Source: Puniceicoccaceae bacterium
GTDB taxonomy: Bacteria > Verrucomicrobiota > Verrucomicrobiia > Opitutales > Oceanipulchritudinaceae
Assembly (NCBI GenBank): GCA_040830765.1
Contig: JBFOMH010000028.1
Location: forward strand, 31,089 to 95,088
Direction: 5' to 3'
DNA length: 64,000 nt
Below the pieces are notes generated by a model, which did no database searches, was not told the DNA's origin, and worked only from the letters and a program-made list of their open reading frames with translations. The translations under genes were made by a program, and so were the position numbers. Below are positions 18,323 to 28,660 of the stretch, piece by piece. Each line of letters begins with the position of its first letter. The first letter of the stretch is position 1.

Positions 18323-19798
18323 TTAATGGTCCCAGGGCATGCGAACGTCCTCACGGGTGAACGACCAGGGCTCGCTGATTTCCCACAGCTTCCCGGGATT
18401 GAGAATCCCGTTCGGATCAAGGGCCTCCTTGATGGCCCGCATGGCCCGGATTTCCGCTTCGGAATGTTGCAGCTGGAAGAAGGGAGACTTGGCCAGTCCA
18501 ATCCCGTGCTCCCCGGAAATGGCCCCGCCCAGGTCGATGACTTTCTCCATCAGTTCCTGCAAGGCGGTGCGAGCCGTGGCGGAAACTTCCGCATCTGTTT
18601 CATTATACATGATATGGACATGGAAATTGCCATCCGCGGCATGTCCGAAAGTCGGGGTGGGGAGGCCGGTTTGATGATGGATATCGTGCACAAATTGCAG
18701 CAGGTCGAGCTGGGCGTCAAAGGGCACCACAACATCCTCATTGAGCTTGCGGGTTCCGAGCTCAAACATGGCCTGGGAACAGGAACGACGTACTTTCCAG
18801 AGCAACTCAACGGTTTCCTCCTCAATGGCCGTGGTGTAGTCTCCCGTTCGATCGGCCACCAGGGCCGTTACGGCATCCAGTTGCTCGCGGACTTCGTTTG
18901 GACGACCATCCACTTCAATGAGCAGAAGCGCCGCCTCTTTTCCGGACAGGCGGTATTTGTTGAGGCAATCAGGCAGGTCATCCAGAAGGTGGGGGGATTT
19001 GCGCTTCCAGAATGAGAAAGTGCAGGCCACTGTCTGGGTATCGAGAAATTCAAGTGCGGAAGGAGTCTGGCCCACCCGAAGAAGCTCCTGCGAGCATTCG
19101 AGTGCCTCGCGGTCAGACCCGAAGACGGCCAGGCAGGTAGCGCTGGCGGGGGGACGGGGAATCAATTTGAGGACAGCCCCCGTTATGATCCCAAGGGTTC
19201 CTTCCGATCCAATCCAGAGGTCCCGCAGGTTGTAACCCGCGGAAAACTTGCGCAGATTACCGGCCCAACGGACAAACTCCCCGGTGGGCAGGCATCCTTC
19301 AAGGGAAAGGACGTAATCCCGGGTCACCCCGTACTTGGCCCCGCGCATGCCACCGGCGTTGGTGGCGATCGTCCCGCCGACCGTGGCGTAGGCCTTGGAG
19401 CCGGGGTCCGGCGGGTAGGCAAGATTGTGCCGGGCGGCGGCTTCATCCAGCTCGGCTAGGGTGACCCCTGGCTGGACATAGGCCATTCGGGCCACAGGAT
19501 CGATGTGGAGCTGCTTCCAGCCAGACATGTCGAGCACCCATCCCCCTGGTGCAGGGGAGGTGGCCCCGGTGGTCGCTGATCCGGCCCCGCGGGTGGTCAC
19601 GGCGATCCCATGGGAGTTGGCCAGGCGCAGAACGGTATCCACGGCCTCCTCATCCCGGGGCCGGATGCATGCCGAGGGCATCCGGCTGTAACGCAGGTTG
19701 TCCATGGAAACCGCATAGAGAACCTCCGGGTCGGTAATGACCTGGCTGGTATCGAGGGCGGCCAGAAGGGCGTTGAGGGCTTTGTTGTCGGGATCCAT
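18323..19798 (-). CDS. FAD-linked oxidase, GlcD/D-lactate dehydrogenase family
   Basis: TVGGTIATNAGG..KYG, GSEGTLGII, GHAADGNFH, SGEHGIG, DPNGILNPGK. Confidence 0.9.
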   Translation of the reverse strand: MDPDNKALNALLAALDTSQVITDPEVLYAVSMDNLRYSRMPSACIRPRDEEAVDTVLRLANSHGIAVTTRGAGSATTGATSPAPGGWVLDMSGWKQLHIDPVARMAYVQPGVTLAELDEAAARHNLAYPPDPGSKAYATVGGTIATNAGGMRGAKYGVTRDYVLSLEGCLPTGEFVRWAGNLRKFSAGYNLRDLWIGSEGTLGIITGAVLKLIPRPPASATCLAVFGSDREALECSQELLRVGQTPSALEFLDTQTVACTFSFWKRKSPHLLDDLPDCLNKYRLSGKEAALLLIEVDGRPNEVREQLDAVTALVADRTGDYTTAIEEETVELLWKVRRSCSQAMFELGTRKLNEDVVVPFDAQLDLLQFVHDIHHQTGLPTPTFGHAADGNFHVHIMYNETDAEVSATARTALQELMEKVIDLGGAISGEHGIGLAKSPFFQLQHSEAEIRAMRAIKEALDPNGILNPGKLWEISEPWSFTREDVRMPWDH

Positions 19799-19876
19799 GT
19801 CGGCGTTAAAGGGATGCCTTTAGCCTTGCCAGAGGCGGGTCCACTTCTACTGATAGGGAAAAGTTGAGAGAACTGT

Positions 19877-20293
19877 ATGGAAAAAACACTTATTATTCTC
19901 AAGCCGGATGCCTTTGAAAAGCGGAAAGTGGGTGCGACCATCGCCCGCTTTGAGGATGCCGGCCTGTCTATCGTGGCCACCAAGATGATTGAGCTCAGCA
20001 GCGCCTTGCTGAAGGAGCACTATGCACACATTGCGGACAAGCCCTTTTTCCCGGAAATTGAGGGTTTCATGTCATCCATGCCCGTCATTGTCATGGTACT
20101 TGAAGGAAACTCGGCCATTGAACGCGTCCGTAACCTGGTCGGCCCGACCAACTCGCTTGCCGCCCCGGCCGGAACCATCCGCGGTGACTGGGGGACGAAC
20201 ATGATGCTCAATATCGTTCATGCTTCAGATGGTCCGGAGACGGCAGAGATGGAAATCAAGCGATTCTTCGCTGAGGGTGAGGTCTTCGCCTAA
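19877..20293 (+). CDS. ndk: Nucleoside-diphosphate kinase
   Basis: TLIILKPDA, HYAHIADKPFF, GTIRGD, NIVHASD. Confidence 0.97.
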   Translation: MEKTLIILKPDAFEKRKVGATIARFEDAGLSIVATKMIELSSALLKEHYAHIADKPFFPEIEGFMSSMPVIVMVLEGNSAIERVRNLVGPTNSLAAPAGTIRGDWGTNMMLNIVHASDGPETAEMEIKRFFAEGEVFA

Positions 20294-20374
20294 TCGGCTA
20301 CGCCCCACGCAGTGAGGTCTTCGCCTAACCGGCTACGCCCCACGCAGTGAGGTCTTCGGCTAATCGGCTACGCC
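20277..20374. repeat. 35-bp tandem repeat (~2.8 copies) containing the ndk 3' end
   Basis: gtgaggtcttcgcctaatcggctacgccccacgca at 20277, 20312 and partial 20347. Confidence 0.9.
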
Positions 20375-20387
20375 TAACGGGCTAAAT

Positions 20388-21602
20388 CTAGACCTGCGTG
20401 GATCCTCGGCGCGTTCCCTGTAACGTTGCCACTGCGTGTGCCGCTATGCCGGCACTCTGACCCAATGCCCCAATCCGTTCCTGGGTAGTGGCCTTGATGC
20501 CAATGTCGATTGGCTGCAGTTTGAGCTTTTTGGCCAGGACAGTTTTCATCCGGGCGACGTATGGCGCCACCTTGGGCTGTTCCGCAATCAGGGTGGCATC
20601 GATGTTAACCACCTTCATTCCGGCCTTTTTGGCCTCACGACGCGCCTGCTTGAGAATCTCAAGGGAGGAAATCCCGGCAATGGAGGGATCGGTATTGGGA
20701 AAGTAGTGCCCGATATCCGGCAGGCCACAGCCACCAAGAATGGCATCGGCAATGGCGTGGGTCAGGACATCGGCATCAGAGTGACCCTCCAGGCCGACAT
20801 CTGAGTCAATCTCTACTCCGCCCAGGATGAGTGGAAGGCCCTCTTTAAGGCGGTGAATATCGTATCCGAGGCCGACCCGGACCTGGCTCTTTGATTCATC
20901 ATTCATGGCGTCTTTTGAAAGGATGCTTTCCAGCAGGGCAAAATCTGCCGGGCGCGTCAGTTTCGGATTGGGGTGCTTGGATTCGACGAGGAAGACCGGT
21001 TCGCCAAGGGCTTCCACAGCCGCGATATCGTCTGTCACCTTGTTGTTAAGGCTGGCATGGGCCTTTTCGATAAGCTGCCGGGGAAAGGCCTGTGGCGTCT
21101 CCATGGCCCAGAGTTTGTCCCGGTCAAGCAAGGTACCATGTCCCGGGTTATCCACCGGTGAGCTTTCGAAACAGCGGATAGTATCGGTTACCCGGTGGGC
21201 AAGGCTGACGGCACAGCGCATGGCGAGGAGGCTTTTCCGGACAGCTTGGAGGGTATTCCGGGTGACCGCAGGCCGTGCACAATCATGGATGGTGACCCAT
21301 TCGGCTCGACTGGGAACCATCTCTAGCCCGGCAGAGACGGAATCCTGCCGCTCGCTGCCACCGAGGGTAAAATAAACGGGCAGCTTCGTTTTCTCGGCCT
21401 TGATGATGGCTGCGAGTTCCTTCCGCTGGCGGTTGTCACGGGCCACAATGATGATACCGTCCTGAGTCCCACTGTTGGCGAAGGTGGAAAAGACATGTGC
21501 AAAAACGGGCCGGCCGGCCACCTCAACGAGGATTTTATCCTCCACGGAACTGCCCATGCGGGAACTCGATCCACCCGCCAGCAGGATTGCCACATGCTTC
21601 AT
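20388..21602 (-). CDS. ispDF: Bifunctional IspD/IspF
   Basis: LLAGGSSSRMG, GGSERQDSV, IHDCARP, ETPQAF; then VGLGYDIH, GHSDADVLTHA, DIGHYFP, KATT. Confidence 0.95.
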   Translation of the reverse strand: MKHVAILLAGGSSSRMGSSVEDKILVEVAGRPVFAHVFSTFANSGTQDGIIIVARDNRQRKELAAIIKAEKTKLPVYFTLGGSERQDSVSAGLEMVPSRAEWVTIHDCARPAVTRNTLQAVRKSLLAMRCAVSLAHRVTDTIRCFESSPVDNPGHGTLLDRDKLWAMETPQAFPRQLIEKAHASLNNKVTDDIAAVEALGEPVFLVESKHPNPKLTRPADFALLESILSKDAMNDESKSQVRVGLGYDIHRLKEGLPLILGGVEIDSDVGLEGHSDADVLTHAIADAILGGCGLPDIGHYFPNTDPSIAGISSLEILKQARREAKKAGMKVVNIDATLIAEQPKVAPYVARMKTVLAKKLKLQPIDIGIKATTQERIGALGQSAGIAAHAVATLQGTRRGSTQV

Positions 21603-21649
21603 TTCAATACCTTTGACTTGTTGAATGGTGAAAGCAAATACTGAATTAC

Positions 21650-22600
21650 ATGGTACCCGATAATGCCCCTGTGCGAATCAATTGCCCAGCCAAGGTGAAT
21701 CTTTCCCTGGCTATTCTAGGCAAGCGGGACGATGGATTCCACAGCCTGCACAGTGTCGTGACCCAGGTCGGGCTGGCCGACTCCCTTGAGTTGCAGTGGG
21801 ATGCCGATGGAACGCCAATAGAGGACACGCTGCTGATTGAGGGAGCTGAACTGCCGACGGAAGACAATACCGTCAGCACAGCGCTGCGGCATTTCCGGGA
21901 AGAAAGCGGATTCGACCAGGGGGCTTTCCGGGCCCGCTTGGTGAAGAAGATTCCTTCCGGTGCAGGTCTTGGTGGGGGCAGCAGCGACGGAGTTGGTGTA
22001 TTCCGGGCCCTTCGGCAGCTTTTTGGGGATGCAGTTGCCGAAATTGACTGGGAGGCACTGGCTGGCCGTATTGGCAGTGATTGCCCGCTTTTCCTGAGGG
22101 ATGAACCGGTCGTTATGGAGGGTCGGGGAGAGGCGATTCGGTCCCTTCCTGATGACCTGGCGGCGCGCTTCCGTGGGCGGCCGTTACTCCTCTTCAAGCC
22201 GCGTTTTTCCATTAATACCGGCGAAGCCTACCGTCGGTTGGCCGCGGGTGGGTACTATGGAGAGAGCCGCGGGATAAACCTGCTCGCTATCCGAGATGAA
22301 GCCATGAAATCGCGGCGGGCCAGGGTGGAAGAGCAGATGCGGGCCTGGGAAACAGGAACGGATCCCCTGCCGCCTCGATGGAACGACTTTGAGCGGCTGG
22401 TAGAGGACTGGATGCCCAGTCTGGCGGTGGTCCTGTCCCGTCTGCGGGTCCTGCATGGCCTCGATGCCCGCCTGAGTGGTAGCGGGAGTGCGTGTTTTGT
22501 CTTTCCCAATGACCAGCCGTTTGATACGAATGCTGTCCAGAAGGAGCTTGTTGAAGCATTCGGAGAACACTTCTGGATGCAGGAAACAACTATCAATTAA
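21650..22600 (+). CDS. ispE: 4-diphosphocytidyl-2-C-methyl-D-erythritol kinase
   Basis: CPAKVNLSL, KKIPSGAGLGGGSSD, IGSDCPLF, NDFE, LSGSGS. Confidence 0.93.
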   Translation: MVPDNAPVRINCPAKVNLSLAILGKRDDGFHSLHSVVTQVGLADSLELQWDADGTPIEDTLLIEGAELPTEDNTVSTALRHFREESGFDQGAFRARLVKKIPSGAGLGGGSSDGVGVFRALRQLFGDAVAEIDWEALAGRIGSDCPLFLRDEPVVMEGRGEAIRSLPDDLAARFRGRPLLLFKPRFSINTGEAYRRLAAGGYYGESRGINLLAIRDEAMKSRRARVEEQMRAWETGTDPLPPRWNDFERLVEDWMPSLAVVLSRLRVLHGLDARLSGSGSACFVFPNDQPFDTNAVQKELVEAFGEHFWMQETTIN

Positions 22601-22653
22601 GGACTTGCATTAAGACGGACCCCTCTATGCCCTGTTGAGCTCCAGATTTGAAC

Positions 22654-24441
22654 ATGGCCACTGACAAACAGGAACAGATTTTCCAAGGCATCTCCGGTGC
22701 ACCGGGTGTTGTCCATGGTCCCTTGGTCAGCTTCTACCAGGGTGAAGTCGAGGTTCCGCGCTATTCTGTCCCTCCCGAGCGGCGTGAGGAGGAGATTGCA
22801 CGTTTTGAACAGGGCCTGATGGAAACCCGCCGCCAGATTTCCTCCATCCGGGCTGAAGTTGAGGAAAAGGTCGGAGAGGAGGAGGCTTCCATTTTCGATG
22901 CCCACCAGCTGGTGCTTGAGGACCGGGCCCTCATTGAGGATACCATTCGCGAGGTCGGGGAAACGGGATTCAACATCGAGTATTGTTTTCAGGAAGTCGC
23001 CAATCGCTATATTGAGGCCTTCAACCAAATTGATGACGAGTACATCAAGGAGCGGGTGAGCGATATCCGGGATGTTTCCAAGCGGTTGATATGCAATCTT
23101 TTAGGTCGCGATCATAAGACCCACGGATCGCATCATGGACTCGGGGAACATATCCTCATCTCCGTTGACCTGAGTCCTTCCGAAACGGCCTTGCTCAACG
23201 TCAAGGAAGTACTGGGAATCGTCACGGAACAGGGGAGTCGGACCAGCCATAGTGTTATCATGGCCCGTTCCCTCAGCATCCCCTGTGTGGTTGGTGTTCA
23301 TGGTTTGCTGGAAGTGGCTGATTTCGGCGCGGAGATCCTTGTCGATGGCTACAAGGGGCTTGTTTACCTCAATCCCTCCCCGGAAACAATGGAGCGCTAC
23401 GGGCGACTTGCTTCCGAGCAACGCCACGTTGAAGAGCTATTTGAGTCCGAACGCCTTTTGCCAAGTGAGACCCTGGACAAGTTTGAATACCACCTGCTCC
23501 TCAACGTTGAGGGGGTTGAAGACAAGGAGCAGATGCGCAACAGCGGGGCCACCGGGGTCGGTTTGTTCCGCACGGAGAATATATTCCTCTACGCAAGGCA
23601 ATTTCCCGGAGAGGAGGAACAGTTCGCGATCTACAAGGAGTTGGTTGAGAACATCGGTGAACATCCAGTGACCATCCGGACCCTGGACCTGGGTGGGGAT
23701 AAGAATCCACACAAGAGCCTGACGGGTTATCAGGAAGCAAATCCCTTCATGGGCTTCCGGGGCATTCGCTTTTGCCTGGAGCATACGGATGTATTCAAAG
23801 ATCAACTACGAGCCATCCTGCGGGCCAGTCACTATGGCAAGATCAAGGTCCTCTATCCCATGATCTGCAGTGTGGCCGAGGTCAAGCAGTCGAACGCACT
23901 TTTGGAGGAGGCCAAGCAGGAACTGGAAGAACGCGGTATCCCTTATGACAAGGATATTGAGAAGGGAGCCATGATCGAGGTGCCAAGTGCGGCCGTCATC
24001 ACGGACATGCTGGCCGACCACTGCGACTTCTTCAGTATCGGGACCAACGACTTGATGCAGTATCTGTTGGCCGTCGACCGTATCAATGACCGCATCGCCT
24101 ATCTTTATGATCCAAGCCAGCCGTCGGTGGTGCGGACCTTGAACTTCATCTTCCAGCAAGGGAAGATGCGCAATGTTCCGGTCAGTGTCTGTGGCGAATT
24201 GGCTGGCGATCCCCTTTGGGCACCCCTGTTGATCGGTCTCGGCGCATCCGATTTGTCGGTATCAATGGGCTGTATTGCCAATATCAAGTATCTCATCCGG
24301 CGGATGCGGCTTCATGATGCCAAGCATCTGGCCATACGGATTCTTCGTTGTGACGAGCCGGAAGAAATTCAAAACGAGTTATCGACCTTCTATGAAACGG
24401 TCATGGGCGACACGCTCAAGGGCCTGAAGGAATACGATTGA
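22654..24441 (+). CDS. ptsI: Phosphoenolpyruvate-protein phosphotransferase (PTS enzyme I)
   Basis: IFDAHQLVLED, SRTSHSVIMARS, GVGLFRTE, IRTLDLGGDK, EANPFMGFRGIR, FSIGTNDL, VCGELAGD. Confidence 0.95.
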   Translation: MATDKQEQIFQGISGAPGVVHGPLVSFYQGEVEVPRYSVPPERREEEIARFEQGLMETRRQISSIRAEVEEKVGEEEASIFDAHQLVLEDRALIEDTIREVGETGFNIEYCFQEVANRYIEAFNQIDDEYIKERVSDIRDVSKRLICNLLGRDHKTHGSHHGLGEHILISVDLSPSETALLNVKEVLGIVTEQGSRTSHSVIMARSLSIPCVVGVHGLLEVADFGAEILVDGYKGLVYLNPSPETMERYGRLASEQRHVEELFESERLLPSETLDKFEYHLLLNVEGVEDKEQMRNSGATGVGLFRTENIFLYARQFPGEEEQFAIYKELVENIGEHPVTIRTLDLGGDKNPHKSLTGYQEANPFMGFRGIRFCLEHTDVFKDQLRAILRASHYGKIKVLYPMICSVAEVKQSNALLEEAKQELEERGIPYDKDIEKGAMIEVPSAAVITDMLADHCDFFSIGTNDLMQYLLAVDRINDRIAYLYDPSQPSVVRTLNFIFQQGKMRNVPVSVCGELAGDPLWAPLLIGLGASDLSVSMGCIANIKYLIRRMRLHDAKHLAIRILRCDEPEEIQNELSTFYETVMGDTLKGLKEYD

Positions 24442-24446
24442 TTTAA

Positions 24447-25382
24447 TCAGGCGGGCTTGATTCCGGTTGCCAGCAGGGTCTCAAAGTGCGGCTCCTGCGT
24501 CTCCTTGGAGACGGGATCCACATGGACCTCGGAAAAGCCACACTCCTTTATCCAGTGATAAAGGCGATTGGGAGAGAAGCCCAGCCAGCGATCGGCATAC
24601 AACTCACGGGCTTTCTCGAACGTGTGCTGGTTAAGATCGAGAACAACCAGGCGTCCGCCTGGGCGGAGGATACGCCATGCTTCGGAAAGGGCGGTCTCCG
24701 GTTTGCCAGCATGATGGAGGGCCTGGCTGAGAAGGGCCAGATCCATGGAGGCATCCGGTAGGGGAACCTTTTCGATATCACCGAGTTTGTAGGTCAGGTT
24801 GCCGAAGCCGTGTTCCTTGGCCAGTTCCTTGCCCACCTTGACCATGGCGGCTGAGTTATCGATGCAAATGACGGACTTGGCCCGCCGGGCCAGCAGTTGC
24901 GCCAGAACGCCTTCCCCCGCACCCAGGTCAACGATGTCGATTTCCGGTGCCAGAAGCAGGAGCAGGTGACCAATGGCCTCCCATGAACGCCCCGGGCAGT
25001 ACTGTTTGCCAAGCTTGCTGGCAACCATGTTGAAGTAAGCCTCGGATGCTGCCCGCCGCTTGCTCAGGACGCGGTCGAGGCTGCTGGCATCATCGCCAAA
25101 GGCGGGCATGGTTTCGGCAGCCTCGAGGGAGGCGTCAAAGATTTTCCGCAGGTGACCTTTGCGAGGGGGCTTGCAGGAATAGAAGCTTTTCTTTCCCTCC
25201 CTCCGGTCCTCGACGAGGCCTGCCTGGCGGAGCAAGGCAAGGTGGGAGGAGATACGGGATTGCCCCATATCCATGATTTCCTGCAACTCGACAACGGACA
25301 GCGGCTCGGACTGAAGCAAGGCCAGCAGGCGCAAACGGGTTGCGTCACTGAGGAGTTTGATCAACTCGACCGCGTCGGCCAT
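24447..25382 (-). CDS. ArsR-family regulator fused to SAM-dependent methyltransferase domain (SahR-like)
   Basis: LSDATRLRLL..QSRISSHL ArsR HTH; PGRSW; VDLGAGEG, SQALHHA, RILRPGG; TAATG overlap with greA. Confidence 0.85.
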   Translation of the reverse strand: MADAVELIKLLSDATRLRLLALLQSEPLSVVELQEIMDMGQSRISSHLALLRQAGLVEDRREGKKSFYSCKPPRKGHLRKIFDASLEAAETMPAFGDDASSLDRVLSKRRAASEAYFNMVASKLGKQYCPGRSWEAIGHLLLLLAPEIDIVDLGAGEGVLAQLLARRAKSVICIDNSAAMVKVGKELAKEHGFGNLTYKLGDIEKVPLPDASMDLALLSQALHHAGKPETALSEAWRILRPGGRLVVLDLNQHTFEKARELYADRWLGFSPNRLYHWIKECGFSEVHVDPVSKETQEPHFETLLATGIKPA

Positions 25383-27247
25383 TAATGGAGGTCCACCCAG
25401 CGCTGGATGTTCTTGACGGTCCAGGTTTCCTCGTGTCCGTCAATTTCCACCACAACCTCCTGGTCCTTTTCCTTGCCCATGAGGGCCTTGGCCATGGGGG
25501 TCTGGTAGGAAAGGACATTCTTTTCCGGGTCGCTGTCCCAGGCACCAAGGATGCTGTAGGTGACACGCTCGCCGCTGGAGGCAGCCTCGATGTCGACAAC
25601 GCTACCGACACTGACCATGTCGTTGGTGGCATCCTCGAAGTCCGTCACGCGGGCCTTGTTGATGTCCACCTCGAGCTCGTTCTTCTGGGCCAGGAGGAGA
25701 TCCTGTTCCTGTCGAGCCATCTTGTACTCGGCATTTTCGCGAAGGTCCCCGTGGCTCCGGGCCTCTGCGATTTCCTCCTTGTTGCGCGGAATTTTGACCT
25801 GGATGAGGTCCTCGTATTCCTTCTTGCGCTCATCGAAGCTGGACTGCGAGACAACCAGTTCCTCGGGAGCCTCGTCCTTGGGAGCGGACGGCTCGCCGCC
25901 CACGATGGACTGGATACTCGGATAAAGACGGATAAACCGGGCCAGAAGGGACTTTTTGGAGAGGTCTTCGAATCCCTGGTTCAGCATCAGGGTCTGGGCC
26001 AGGTCGTGGGCAGTCTCGTAAGTGCTTTCGGCCAGCAGGTCACCAATTAATTCCTGGTCATCGCTGACCAGATCGGCCAGCGGGATGCGGCGTGAACTGG
26101 TATTTTGAAGAGCCTCGTAATCGATGGCGTAGAAAATGGCACTGAGCAGTCGCGGTGTCATCAGAGGCGCCAGCATAGGTGCATACTTGCGGGAGGCACG
26201 ATTCTTGAGAATCCATGTCAGCACGGGAGCCTTGAGGTTTTGTTCCACCAGCCAGCGTTCGAAAGTCTGGGTGATTTCCTCGGACTTCTTATGCTCCATG
26301 AGGAAATTGATGCACTCCACGGTCAATTTGCCGGAGCTGTTCTTCAGAAGGTCGAACGTCACGCGCTCCCACTGTTCAGGTGCACAACGCTCAATGAGAT
26401 CGAGCAGGCGGCTGTAATGGGAGGCAGGAATCTGGCCGGCGAGGCTGGTCAGGTCCGTTGAATCGGCAATGATGGAAGCGGAAGTCGGTTCCAGGATTTC
26501 CACATCCGCATGAATAAAGCGGGCGAGGTCATTGCGGACCCAGATGCCGTAGAGCCGCTCACCCGGATTGAGCTGCTTGGTTTCAGCGAGGGAATTGGCC
26601 AGGTGGGAAAGGATGTCAGGAAGCTCCTCCTTGATGTCCTCATGCTTGACCGAGAGATCGACCAGTTTGCTGGCGAGACTGATTTTTTTCTTCGGGGCCT
26701 TGGTCTCGAAAAACTCATCGAGGACCTCCTCCTCGGCACGAACAGGCTCGTCCCGGAGGATAAAGGGCTCCGTCTTCTTGGTTGGGACAGCGACCCGCGG
26801 ATCCTTGACGAGGGCCTTCTTGGCTTGCGTCCACCACTTCTTGAACTTGGCCGGTCCCATCAGGCGGCTGAGGATCGTCTCGATCTCAAGGGCCGTGGCG
26901 GATTGCTCGTTGGCCCGTTCCAGAACCTCGACAATGAGGTCGGCCGGGCGGCTCTTGATCATCTCCTCAATGGCTGGGGGATCCTTCTGGGCGCGGACAA
27001 GGATGTCGTCGTCATCCAGGATTTCCAGCTTGTCGACACAGAAAACGGGATCCATGGGATGGCCCTCCCGGCCGCTCTGGAAATCAATGATGAGGCGGTT
27101 TTCCCGCTCGTCATAGTCTTTAATCTGGCCCAGTCCCCATGCACGGTGGACGCAGTAGGCGCCGGTCTGCATGGATTCAAGCTTTGCCCGGGCACGCTTG
27201 AGACGTGGTGTCTTCTGGATTAGCAAGTCGATTGCTTCCTTGTTCAT
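25382..27247 (-). CDS. greA: Long (PVC/Chlamydia-type) GreA transcription elongation factor
   Basis: C-terminal EIAEARSHGDLRENAEY and LSYQTPMAKALMGK; ~460-aa N-terminal extension. Confidence 0.9.
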   Translation of the reverse strand: MNKEAIDLLIQKTPRLKRARAKLESMQTGAYCVHRAWGLGQIKDYDERENRLIIDFQSGREGHPMDPVFCVDKLEILDDDDILVRAQKDPPAIEEMIKSRPADLIVEVLERANEQSATALEIETILSRLMGPAKFKKWWTQAKKALVKDPRVAVPTKKTEPFILRDEPVRAEEEVLDEFFETKAPKKKISLASKLVDLSVKHEDIKEELPDILSHLANSLAETKQLNPGERLYGIWVRNDLARFIHADVEILEPTSASIIADSTDLTSLAGQIPASHYSRLLDLIERCAPEQWERVTFDLLKNSSGKLTVECINFLMEHKKSEEITQTFERWLVEQNLKAPVLTWILKNRASRKYAPMLAPLMTPRLLSAIFYAIDYEALQNTSSRRIPLADLVSDDQELIGDLLAESTYETAHDLAQTLMLNQGFEDLSKKSLLARFIRLYPSIQSIVGGEPSAPKDEAPEELVVSQSSFDERKKEYEDLIQVKIPRNKEEIAEARSHGDLRENAEYKMARQEQDLLLAQKNELEVDINKARVTDFEDATNDMVSVGSVVDIEAASSGERVTYSILGAWDSDPEKNVLSYQTPMAKALMGKEKDQEVVVEIDGHEETWTVKNIQRWVDLH

Positions 27248-27429
27248 AAATGTCGCTGATTGAGGTGTTGTCCCTGAGCAGGCAATACACAAAGTCCCAC
27301 GAAAGTGGGGATTTTCCGTGGTAATTCATGAATGTGTGCCCTATTTCGGACTCTTGATTAAGATTTTGTTAAAAAAGTGGACGTTGCAACCACGAATTTC
27401 ATCTGACTAATAGTTGTAAGGAACTGGAA

Positions 27430-28641
27430 ATGAGCAGCAAAGAGACATTGGGAAAGGGGGACTGGCGTGCGGCGGTGGAATTACTGGTTCGCTGGGAAAA
27501 AGGGGAGGGCCATCTGGATGACCTGCTGGAAACTTTCGAACCCGGCCGCCTGCGTTGGCTGGTGATGGAGGTATTCCGCCGCTGGCTGGTTATCGAGTCG
27601 CTGCTCGAGGGGCGGATGCGGCGTGAGCCTCGACCCAAGGTCCGGCAGTTGCTCCGGTTGGCGATTGGTGAATGCCTGGTCCATCGCGGGGAAACGGCCA
27701 AGGTGGTTCATAACGCCGGTGAGGTGGGCCGCATCCTCGGGCTGAGTTCAGCCGAGCGGGGCTTTATCAATGCTGTCCTGCGGGCCTGTTTGCGGGCAGG
27801 GTTGCCGGAGGAATCCGATTTGGAGGCGACCCATCCGGAATGGATGGTCAAGCGCTGGCGGGATCGTTTCGGGCAGGAAGCGACCGGGCGCCTTCTGGCC
27901 TGGAACCAGGAAGCAGGTGCTGTCTACGTCCACTCAACCAGTTGTCCGGCTTATGCTGAGGAGACCGAATGGGAAAAGTATTTCAGGGTCCGGCCTGGCA
28001 GCTTCCGTGAAGCCTTGCCGGATCTGGCTCAGGGCAAGGTCTATGTCCAGGATCCCTTTGCCCGCATTCCCGTAGAGCTGTTGGCTCCCCAGCCGGGTGA
28101 GAACATTCTGGACCTCTGTGCGGCCCCCGGAGGCAAGACACGGCTTATCGCCGGGGCCATGAAGGGAGAGGGCAGGATAACCGCGGTGGACCGTCCGGGT
28201 CCGCGCCTGGAGCGGCTGCGGGAAAATATTTCCCAGATCCCGGGTGCTACGGTCGCGGTGCATGCGGGGTCGGTGGAGACCCTTAACCTTCCGCCAGAAG
28301 CCGGTCCGGTAGACGCGGTCCTGATCGATGTACCGTGCAGCAACACGGGAGTCATGCAAAAGCGTCCCGATGTGAAGTTGCGACTCAGTGTTGGGGAAAT
28401 CGATACCCAGGCGGAAAGCCAGCTCCAGCTGCTCGCCCACGCGGCTGACCTGGTGCGTCCCGGGGGTCGGCTGGTCTACAGTACCTGCAGCCTGGAGGCC
28501 GAGGAAAATGAAAATCTTCTTCACTCCTTTATTGAATCGACCAGCGGGTGGCGCTTGGAGAAATCGATTTTGAGCCGGCCGTGGGAGTGCCGGCATGATG
28601 GAGGTGGGGCTTTCTTGTTGACGAGAGTGAAGAGCCGGTGA
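27430..28641 (+). CDS. rsmB: RsmB/Sun family RNA m5C methyltransferase
   Basis: NusB-like N-term (GFINAVLR), HPEW, VQD, DLCAAPGGK, DVPCSNTG, YSTCS. Confidence 0.88.
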   Translation: MSSKETLGKGDWRAAVELLVRWEKGEGHLDDLLETFEPGRLRWLVMEVFRRWLVIESLLEGRMRREPRPKVRQLLRLAIGECLVHRGETAKVVHNAGEVGRILGLSSAERGFINAVLRACLRAGLPEESDLEATHPEWMVKRWRDRFGQEATGRLLAWNQEAGAVYVHSTSCPAYAEETEWEKYFRVRPGSFREALPDLAQGKVYVQDPFARIPVELLAPQPGENILDLCAAPGGKTRLIAGAMKGEGRITAVDRPGPRLERLRENISQIPGATVAVHAGSVETLNLPPEAGPVDAVLIDVPCSNTGVMQKRPDVKLRLSVGEIDTQAESQLQLLAHAADLVRPGGRLVYSTCSLEAEENENLLHSFIESTSGWRLEKSILSRPWECRHDGGGAFLLTRVKSR

Positions 28642-28660
28642 AAAAACATAGGTGTTTCCT

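Noticed and set aside
18323..19798. FAD oxidase as the azoline dehydrogenase of the YcaO module
   Set aside because: It is a GlcD/D-lactate-dehydrogenase-type enzyme, not the nitroreductase-fold FMN dehydrogenase used in azole RiPPs; adjacency alone is insufficient.
20277..20374. Possible mini CRISPR array (35-bp repeats)
   Set aside because: Units are head-to-tail with no unique spacers, and no cas genes are in the window.
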